From contig JAVVEA010000011.1 of NCBI GenBank assembly GCA_032250835.1, positions 18,211 through 82,210 of the forward strand: 64,000 nucleotides of DNA, in the 5' to 3' direction. Shown here piece by piece: positions 27,000 to 34,547 of this stretch. Source of the stretch: a bacterium (GTDB lineage Bacteria; SAR324; XYD2-FULL-50-16). Both the position numbers and the translations under genes were made by a program. How positions within the stretch are numbered: position 1 is the stretch's first letter; every line of letters begins with the position of its first letter. The notes beneath the pieces were generated by a model. That model was given only the letters and a program-made list of their open reading frames with translations, did no database searches and was not told the DNA's origin.

Positions 27000-29464
27000 G
27001 CTCAAAGGAAGTGATGAAAGAAGCAGTGCTGGAAGTCTCCGAGATGAGTTGCGCTTCCTGCGCAGCCAATGTGGAAGGAATCGCCAAGGGCTTTGAGGGC
27101 GTCAATGAGGCCCAGGTCAATTTACTTAGCGAGCAATTGCGGCTGGTCTACGACGAAACCCAACTCAACCTCGACCAACTGATCCAGAAGGTAACCGAGG
27201 GGGGGTATCCCGCCAAGTTACCTAAAAAACGAGTCAGCCTCAATTTCCGCATCGGCGGCATGAGTTGCGCTAGCTGCGTGGCCAACGTCGAGTCTATCTT
27301 GGCCGAATTGCCGGGCATGGAGAAGGTTCAGGTCAACTTAGCCACCGAAAAGGCGGTGTTGCGCTTTGACCCAGACCAAATCAAAACCTCCCAACTAAAA
27401 GAAGTGGTCGCCCAGGCGGGCTATGAGTTGCTTGACATGGCGGGCGACAACGCCGACTTGGAGCACAGCAACCAAAAAGAACGGGACAAGCAGGACCTGC
27501 GTACCCGCTTCATGGGCACCGCATCTTTGACGCTACCGCTCTTTTTACTGGCCATGGGGGAGATGGTGGGCCTGCGCTGGCCGGACTTCATTTCACCCAG
27601 CCATTCGCCCCAGACCCTTGCCCTCTTGCAACTAGCCCTCTGTTTGCCGGTCATGTATTTGGCCCGTAAGTTCTATACCCGCGGCCTCAAGGCGCTGGTC
27701 CACAAAGCGCCGAACATGGATAGCCTGATTGCCCTGGGCACCTTGGCCAGCTTCGGCTATAGCCTCTGGGGCATGCAGTTGATTTGGGCCGGACAGGTCC
27801 AAATGGGCTTGCACCAGCTATACTTCGAGTCCACCGCTGTGATCTTGACCTTGATCTTGATGGGTAAATGGCTTGAAGCGGGCAGCAAGCAAAAGTCCGT
27901 CGAAGCCATGAAGGCGCTGCTGAAGCTCAAAGCGCAGACTGCGCGGCTGGTGGAGAATGGGCGCACCAGTGAGATTCCGGTACATGAAGTAATGCCCGGC
28001 GACCGCTTGTTGGTCCAGATTGGCGAGCGCATCCCTATTGATGGGATTTTGGTTCAAGGCGAGACTTCGGTAGACCAATCCTTTCTGACCGGCGAGAGCC
28101 TCCCGATTGACAAGAAAGAAGGCGATGCCTTGGTCGGCGCGGCGCTCAACCAGGGCCAACCCTTTGAGATGGAAGCCACCAAGACCGCTGAGGATTCGGC
28201 CTTAAACCAGATCATCCGCTTGGTCGAAGAAGCCAACGCTTCGAAGGCCCCGGTGGCCCGCTTGGCGGACCGAATATCTGGCGTCTTCGTGCCGGTGGTG
28301 ATGGGCTTGGCGCTCTTGACCGGGCTGTCATGGTATTTCATCGGCGGGGACCTGACCTTTGCCATCCAGTCCTTTGTGGCGGTGATGGTGATCGCCTGCC
28401 CCTGTGCGCTAGGCTTAGCGACCCCTACGGCCATTATGGTCGGCGTGGGCCGTGGGGCTAGCTTGGGGATCTTGATTAAAGGCGGTGAGGCCTTAGAAGC
28501 CTCGGTAGACTTAACCGGCGTGGTCTTTGATAAGACTGGCACCCTCACCAAAGGACAGCCTGAAGTAGCCCAGGTGGTGGCCCTTGAAGGCAGCGAAGAG
28601 GAGCTATTGGCCTTGATGGCCGGAGCCGAAGAACGCAGCGAGCATTTGCTGGCCAAAGCCATACTGCAAGAGGCCAGCAAGCGGCATATCAAGCCCACCA
28701 ACCTCGAAGAGATCAACTTTGTTAAGAGCCTGGGCGTCTCGGCGAAATACCATGGCCAAGACTTGCTGGTCGGCAACTATGGTTTTTTAAAAGATCAGGG
28801 CGTCAGCGCCGAAGAACCGGCCGCCGGACAAGCCGCTGGCGAAGCGGGGCAATCGGCGATCTATTTGGCCTTGGGCGGCAAGATTTTAGGGTTGGTGGGC
28901 ATTGCCGACCCGATCAAACCCGAAGCACCAGCGGTGATTGCGGGCCTGAAGAAACTGGGCCTGCACCCTCTGATGTTGACCGGCGACCATCCCCGGGTGG
29001 CCCAAGCCATTGCCGCCCAGTTGGGTCTTGAAGATTACGCTGCCGGGCTTTTGCCAGCCGACAAGCTAGAAGAGATCAAGAAACGCCAAGCGGCCGGTCA
29101 GCGCCTTGCCATGGTGGGCGATGGGATCAACGATGCCCCGGCCTTGATGCAGGCCGACCTAGGGGTGGCTATTGGGCGCGGGGCGGACGTGGCCATTGAG
29201 TCGGCGGATTTTATTTTGGTTAAAGAGGACCTCAAGAGTTTGCTGGATGCCTTTGGGTTGAGTCGGGCGGTGATGCGCAAGATCAAGCAGAACCTTTTTT
29301 GGGCCTTTTGTTATAACGTTTTGGGTATTCCCTTTGCGGCGGGGATTTTCGTGATCTTTGGGGGTCCGGCCCTAAGCCCCATGATTGCGGCCTTGGCGAT
29401 GGCCTTGTCTTCGGTGTCGGTGTTAACCAATAGCCTGACCTTGCGGCTGTACCGGCCTGCTTAA
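26996..29464 (+). CDS. copA: Cu(I)-translocating P1B-type ATPase
   Basis: Two MSCASC metal-binding domains, TGES, ACPCALGLATP, DKTGT, GDGINDAP, AFCYN, MALSSVSV. The start may be the ATG at 27014. Confidence 0.95.
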   Translation: MSSKEVMKEAVLEVSEMSCASCAANVEGIAKGFEGVNEAQVNLLSEQLRLVYDETQLNLDQLIQKVTEGGYPAKLPKKRVSLNFRIGGMSCASCVANVESILAELPGMEKVQVNLATEKAVLRFDPDQIKTSQLKEVVAQAGYELLDMAGDNADLEHSNQKERDKQDLRTRFMGTASLTLPLFLLAMGEMVGLRWPDFISPSHSPQTLALLQLALCLPVMYLARKFYTRGLKALVHKAPNMDSLIALGTLASFGYSLWGMQLIWAGQVQMGLHQLYFESTAVILTLILMGKWLEAGSKQKSVEAMKALLKLKAQTARLVENGRTSEIPVHEVMPGDRLLVQIGERIPIDGILVQGETSVDQSFLTGESLPIDKKEGDALVGAALNQGQPFEMEATKTAEDSALNQIIRLVEEANASKAPVARLADRISGVFVPVVMGLALLTGLSWYFIGGDLTFAIQSFVAVMVIACPCALGLATPTAIMVGVGRGASLGILIKGGEALEASVDLTGVVFDKTGTLTKGQPEVAQVVALEGSEEELLALMAGAEERSEHLLAKAILQEASKRHIKPTNLEEINFVKSLGVSAKYHGQDLLVGNYGFLKDQGVSAEEPAAGQAAGEAGQSAIYLALGGKILGLVGIADPIKPEAPAVIAGLKKLGLHPLMLTGDHPRVAQAIAAQLGLEDYAAGLLPADKLEEIKKRQAAGQRLAMVGDGINDAPALMQADLGVAIGRGADVAIESADFILVKEDLKSLLDAFGLSRAVMRKIKQNLFWAFCYNVLGIPFAAGIFVIFGGPALSPMIAALAMALSSVSVLTNSLTLRLYRPA

Positions 29465-29855
29465 AACTCGCAACGCGAAAAGACAAAACAATAAATGGGG
29501 CCCAGGGGCCCTCGGGAACTTGTGTCGGCTGCGCCAACGCCTTAGGCTGGGCAATACTCGCCGGCTCGCATTGTCACCCACGCATCCCTCGGCCTCGAAG
29601 CTGCTTAGCGCGGCTAGGGGCTCAAAGCCGCTTAGCTCAGAGGGAACCCGAGAACCCTACACCGTAGGTATCTGAAAATATGAACGTAATATCAGCTTAT
29701 TACCCTGGGTTTAATCCGCAGATTTACGGATTTGTAATCACCCCATTTTGACCAGATTTGACCGAAAAATTTTGCCCAACTAATTCAGACTGTGTTATTC
29801 TGCAGGCGAATCGCGGTGGCCCGAAAGTTTTACAAAAATTCAATTCTAAGACGAT

Positions 29856-31427
29856 ATGAAACCATCAAAGCGCTTTGGTGTATTTGTAGTTGTTGTGGTT
29901 TTCATTGTTTCTTGTGGGACTGACCGTGAGCAGGCAACGACTACCTCGTCAGATAAGGATACCACAGCCCCATCGGTTGCTTCGGTAAGCGCAGGCGGCT
30001 TAGTCAGCTCACAGGCAAGCACAGGGGCAAAGTTAAGTATTTCCCAATCTTCCTCATGGACCATTGAATTCGATGAAGCCATGGATGAAAGCACTATTGT
30101 GGGAACCACCGATTATAGCTGTAAAGGCACCGTCCAAATTTCTAGCGACAATTTTTCAAGTTGTGTCCCAGTAGCTGGGATTAGTGCAGACGCCAACAAG
30201 AAAGTGTTCACCATCGCACTGGCTTCAACATTAGCTTACGACACCACCTACTACATTAAGGTGACCCAAGCAGCCAAAGATCTTGCAGGTAATTTGCTGG
30301 AAGCCGAATACATTGTACCCAATGGATTCACCACGGAACCATCTCCAAGGACTGACTCCCCCAACACGACTTTAGCACTGGGTTTAGGACATAGTTGCGC
30401 GGCTTTTGCGGACGGTTCGGCAAAATGCTGGGGCTTCAATATATCTGGGCAACTAGGTGATGGCACAACTACCAACCGATTACTCCCCGTTTCGGTCAGT
30501 GGAATTTCAACAGCCATTGGCCTTTCCAGCTACGAGACTTCTACCTGTGTCTTATTGACTTCCGGGGCAGTCAAGTGCTTCGGATCGAATAATACGGGGC
30601 AGCTAGGCACTGGAACCTATGACAATTCGTCTACCCCGGTTTCAGTTTACAATATTTCAACTGCATCACAAGTAGCCGCAGGTTCGTGGCATAGCTGCGC
30701 CTTGCTAGCCGACCAGACCATTCAATGCTGGGGCCAAGGTGTTTTAGGTCAACTTGGCGATGGGACTTCATCTAGCACTGCAACCCTGTTGCTGACAACG
30801 GTGACTGGCATCTCAACAGCGACTCAACTTGCTTCGGGTTCTTACCATAGTTGCGCCCTGTTGTCAGATCAGACCGTTAAATGCTGGGGATCTAATGGGT
30901 ATGGTCAATTAGGGGATGGGGCCACCGGATATGTCAGTTCAACCAAGCAAACGACACCCGTTAACGTAATTGGCATTTCCAATGCCACTTCTCTTGCTCT
31001 CGGCGGTGCCCATAGCTGCGCATTATTAGCTGATAAGAGCATCCAATGCTGGGGGAGTAATTCTAGTGGACAATTAGGAGACGGCACGACCACAGAAAGC
31101 TCTACCCCTAAGTCAGTAAACGGAATTTCAACTGCGACGGTCGTTGCATTAGGCAGTTCACATAGCTGCGCATTATTGGCCAGCAAGCAAGTCCAATGTT
31201 GGGGGCGCAATGACTATGGACAGTTAGGAGACACCACGACCACAGATCGATCAGCCCCCGTTACGGTGACTGGAATCTCTGATGTTATTGGCATTGCCGC
31301 GGGCTATAACCATAGCTGTGCTGTCTTGTCAAATGGAGGAGTTTCTTGCTGGGGTGCTAATTATTACGGCCAGTTGGGTAATGGTTCAACCACCAACTCA
31401 AGCGTTCCAGTCCAGGTCAGTTTTTAG
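29856..31427 (+). CDS. Lipoprotein with an Ig-like domain and a seven-repeat RCC1/BLIP-II beta-propeller
   Basis: Lipobox IVS-C, Ig-like domain, seven ~50-aa repeats of the form HSCA...CWG.N..GQLGDG. Confidence 0.85.
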   Translation: MKPSKRFGVFVVVVVFIVSCGTDREQATTTSSDKDTTAPSVASVSAGGLVSSQASTGAKLSISQSSSWTIEFDEAMDESTIVGTTDYSCKGTVQISSDNFSSCVPVAGISADANKKVFTIALASTLAYDTTYYIKVTQAAKDLAGNLLEAEYIVPNGFTTEPSPRTDSPNTTLALGLGHSCAAFADGSAKCWGFNISGQLGDGTTTNRLLPVSVSGISTAIGLSSYETSTCVLLTSGAVKCFGSNNTGQLGTGTYDNSSTPVSVYNISTASQVAAGSWHSCALLADQTIQCWGQGVLGQLGDGTSSSTATLLLTTVTGISTATQLASGSYHSCALLSDQTVKCWGSNGYGQLGDGATGYVSSTKQTTPVNVIGISNATSLALGGAHSCALLADKSIQCWGSNSSGQLGDGTTTESSTPKSVNGISTATVVALGSSHSCALLASKQVQCWGRNDYGQLGDTTTTDRSAPVTVTGISDVIGIAAGYNHSCAVLSNGGVSCWGANYYGQLGNGSTTNSSVPVQVSF

Positions 31428-31659
31428 GCGATAAGTGGCAATATCCCTATTTTTTCCCATTTTCAGCATTGGGTTCGGTAGAAAGAAGCCCTTTCCTAAC
31501 CCAGATTTCGGGAGCATATGGGCTGTATCGCTGTTTCTACGGTAGCGGAGCAAAAAAACTGAACGGAGAGGGCTCTGTGTACTCACCGCAAGCAAAACAT
31601 TGCGAGCCTAAACTCCAAGCCGCGACACCCCGCTGGGTAGTTCTTCGCCCCACACCCCC

Positions 31660-31688
31660 TTGCGCACCCCCCGCAGGGGCGCTATAAT
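31660..31688 (+). promoter_or_regulatory. Sigma70 promoter of the ABC-F gene
   Basis: TTGCGC (31660-31665), 17-bp spacer, TATAAT (31683-31688). Confidence 0.7.
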
Positions 31689-31727
31689 ACCCCCATACTT
31701 TAATTGATTCGAGAGGTCCCGTCCGAC

Positions 31728-31815
31728 ATGCGGCTGTAAAACCCTTCCATCTTGGCCTATTGGGCCGCTTCTTCGACCTGGAAACCCAGGGGCCGGAGGA
31801 GGGGAGTGGTTTTTT
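31728..31815 (+). promoter_or_regulatory. Putative attenuator: minimal uORF Met-Arg-Leu-stop plus terminator-like leader
   Basis: GAGAGG at 31711, ATG CGG CTG TAA at 31728-31739, hairpin CCTGG-aaac-CCAGG at 31777-31790, G-rich arm then T6 at 31810-31815. Confidence 0.45.
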
Positions 31816-31905
31816 GCGCTAGTACGTTGGCCTTTGTTTGCTTTGCTTTAGGTAGCTTCTACCCGCCGATTCCCCCCTTTGGGCCCCGCTTTGCCGGAGG
31901 TCCCT

Positions 31906-33387
31906 TTGACCCTACAAATAAACCACCTGGACTTTGCCTTTGAGGGGCAAGACCAAAAACTATTTACCGACCTAAGTCTATCCTTTGGCCCCGGATGGAC
32001 CGGGCTGTTGGGGCCTAATGGGGCGGGCAAGTCCACACTCCTGCAATTAGCGACCGGGCAATTGGCGGGTCCGCAGCAGGCCTTTATGCGGCCCCAGACG
32101 TCCCTTTATCTACCCCAATGGGTTGAAGCCGCCCCGCCCGGATTGGAGGAATTTTTGGCGCTGCCCGATGCCACCGCCGGGCGGTTGAACGCGCTCTTGG
32201 AACTGGGTTGGGATTGGGCCCAGCGTTGGGGGCAGCTAAGCCCCGGTGAGCGTAAACGGGCCCAGGTCGGTTGGGCGCTCTGGCAGCGGCCCGAACTGTT
32301 GGCCCTCGACGAGCCCAGCAACCATCTGGACGCAGCGGCCAGGGGCCTGCTTTCAAAAGCCCTGCACTCTTACCCCGGGACCGGCATTCTGGTGACCCAC
32401 GACCGGGAACTGCTAAGTTCCTTAGCCAGACAAGTGGTCTGGATCGAACCGGGGGCAACGCCAATTTGGGCTCCCACTTTGGAGTTGGTTTTAGCCGAAA
32501 AGGAACGCCGCCGCTCCACCTTGATCCACCAACGCCAACAGGTTCAAGCCCAATTGGGCCAACTGCGCCGCCGCTCCGGGGCCTTCCGCGACCAAGCCAA
32601 CCGAAGCCACCAACTGCGCAGCAAAGGCCGGGTGGACCCCAAGGACCATGACGCTAAGGCCAAAATCAATCTGGCCCGAGTTTCGGGCAAAGACGGGCAG
32701 GCGGGCAAGCAGCTCAACCAGTTGTCCGGGCGGCTCGCCCAGGTCAGCAGCCAGTTGGAGGAATTGAAGGTAACCAAAGACCACCGCGCCCCCATCCAAC
32801 TAGCCTCCAAGCCCTCAAAGCGCAGCCTGTTACTGCAACTGAAGGCCGGGCGGCTGCCGCTGGGGCCGCAAAATTTTCTAGAATTCCCCCATTTGGAATT
32901 AGGGCCCCAAGACCGGATCGCGCTGAGTGGGCCCAATGGGGCCGGTAAGAGTTGCCTCTTGAGACACCTGATGTCACGCATATCCTTGGCGCCAGCAGAA
33001 CTTTTTTACCTCCCCCAAGAGCCCAACGGGCAACAGATAGCCCAGGAATTATTGCGGCTAAAGGAGATGCCGCCGGAGCTGCGCGGGCAGGTGCTGGCGC
33101 TGGTCGGGCGTCTCGGTAGCGAGCCTGAAGCGCTACTGCGTTCGGCGAATCCTAGTCCCGGCGAGTTGCGCAAGTTGGCGTTGGCCCAAGGCCTGCTGAG
33201 CCAGCCCGCCTTATTGCTCTTAGATGAGCCGAGCAACCACCTAGACCTGCCTTCGTTGTTGGCACTGGAAGGCGCACTAGAGAGCTTCGGCGGTGCAATC
33301 TTATTGATCACCCACGACGCCCAGTTGGCCCAGAGGCTTTGCCAGAAATTTTGGAAAATCGATCAGGGGAGGTTGAGTTTAGGCTAG
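31906..33387 (+). CDS. ABC-F family ATPase (tandem ABC domains, no membrane domain)
   Basis: GGAGG then TTG at 31906; two GPNGAGKS Walker A motifs, two LDEPSNHLD, charged inter-domain linker, no TM segments. Confidence 0.9.
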   Translation: MTLQINHLDFAFEGQDQKLFTDLSLSFGPGWTGLLGPNGAGKSTLLQLATGQLAGPQQAFMRPQTSLYLPQWVEAAPPGLEEFLALPDATAGRLNALLELGWDWAQRWGQLSPGERKRAQVGWALWQRPELLALDEPSNHLDAAARGLLSKALHSYPGTGILVTHDRELLSSLARQVVWIEPGATPIWAPTLELVLAEKERRRSTLIHQRQQVQAQLGQLRRRSGAFRDQANRSHQLRSKGRVDPKDHDAKAKINLARVSGKDGQAGKQLNQLSGRLAQVSSQLEELKVTKDHRAPIQLASKPSKRSLLLQLKAGRLPLGPQNFLEFPHLELGPQDRIALSGPNGAGKSCLLRHLMSRISLAPAELFYLPQEPNGQQIAQELLRLKEMPPELRGQVLALVGRLGSEPEALLRSANPSPGELRKLALAQGLLSQPALLLLDEPSNHLDLPSLLALEGALESFGGAILLITHDAQLAQRLCQKFWKIDQGRLSLG

Positions 33388-33963
33388 GCCCAACTCTTGG
33401 AGCGCCGCCTGGTAGGCCTCGGGGCTATTGATGCCGCGGGCTTCTGGGCGGTCTTTGAGCAGCTTGGGATTTTGGTCTTCGAGCAGAGCCCGGGCGTCTT
33501 CGCGGCCAGCTTTAAACAGCGGCTTGGCCTGGGCCAGGAGGTCGCGGCGGTAGACCGCCAAGAGGGGGTTGGGGATTTCCTCGTTGCAGGCACAGGCCAG
33601 GGCGTTGCCCTCCTGAGCTTGCAGCAACTCACCGATAAAAGCGGTGGTCAAAAAGGGGAGGTCGCAGCTGAGCACCAACACCCGGTCCGCCCCAGCCCGC
33701 ACCAGTGGGAAAGCCTGGGAAATTGCGTAAAGGGGGCCCAAATGGGGTTTGGGGTCGGTGATCAAGTGCAGATTTGGAGCCACCAGTCTCGGGTCAAAGC
33801 CCTGGCCGGGGGCCAGCACCAGGATCAATTGGTCCACTACCGGCAAAACCTGCCCAACTACGCGGGCCAACAAGCTTTTTCCGCCAAAATCCAGCGAAGC
33901 CTTATCTTGGCCCATGCGCCGCGAGGTCCCACCAGCCAGCAATAAAGCGCTGGGGCGGTCCAT
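33379..33963 (-). CDS. mobA: Molybdenum cofactor guanylyltransferase
   Basis: LLAGGTSRRMGQDKA, HLGPL, VLSCDLPF, INSPE. Confidence 0.85.
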   Translation of the reverse strand: MDRPSALLLAGGTSRRMGQDKASLDFGGKSLLARVVGQVLPVVDQLILVLAPGQGFDPRLVAPNLHLITDPKPHLGPLYAISQAFPLVRAGADRVLVLSCDLPFLTTAFIGELLQAQEGNALACACNEEIPNPLLAVYRRDLLAQAKPLFKAGREDARALLEDQNPKLLKDRPEARGINSPEAYQAALQELGLA

Positions 33964-33965
33964 TT

Positions 33966-34229
33966 TTATTCGCCGCAGCCGCGCTTGGCCGCTTCGACCT
34001 GATCTACCGCTTTGAGCCGACCCGACTCACCAGTCGCGGCACTACCACGGCGCAGCACCAAGTATTCACCTTGTCCCAGGTACTTGACCTGAACTTTGTG
34101 TCCCGCACCGGCAAATTCACAGCGGAAGATATAGCTTCCGTCGGGCAGCTTGGAAACCTCTTCAATAGCCTGAGCGCTCAAAGGGCCCAGCACCAAAGCG
34201 CCTGCCAAGGCTAACATCCATTTTTTCAT
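33966..34229 (-). CDS. Small exported hypothetical protein
   Basis: Signal peptide ending AQA, GAGGA RBS, two Cys, coupled to mobA. Confidence 0.65.
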   Translation of the reverse strand: MKKWMLALAGALVLGPLSAQAIEEVSKLPDGSYIFRCEFAGAGHKVQVKYLGQGEYLVLRRGSAATGESGRLKAVDQVEAAKRGCGE

Positions 34230-34547
34230 TGGTTCCTCATTTCTGGTTGTCCCCTCTTTATCCGAGGCGGGTTCTTAATACATACCAAGCGCCCAGCGGC
34301 TAGGCAAGCTTTGGTTCACCTAAGCGGTACCTTCGGCGCTAGGCCTAAAGTTCGGACCTCGGCATTAAGCCTTTCAAAAGCCATGCCCACATCCACCAAC
34401 CGGCACCCTGCAAAAAACCTTGCAACTAGATCATTACCGAAAACCATCTGGCAAAAATCGCCTAAGAATATTCCTTGGAATCCTTGGACTTCTGTTGAAT
34501 AATTAAGACCAGAGTCCTAAAAATTTTTAGTTAGGCAGTCTCCTGCA

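Noticed and set aside
30360-31427. Regularly spaced DNA repeats resembling a CRISPR array
   Set aside because: They are degenerate ~150-bp protein-coding RCC1 repeats within one ORF, with no identical repeats, spacers or cas genes.
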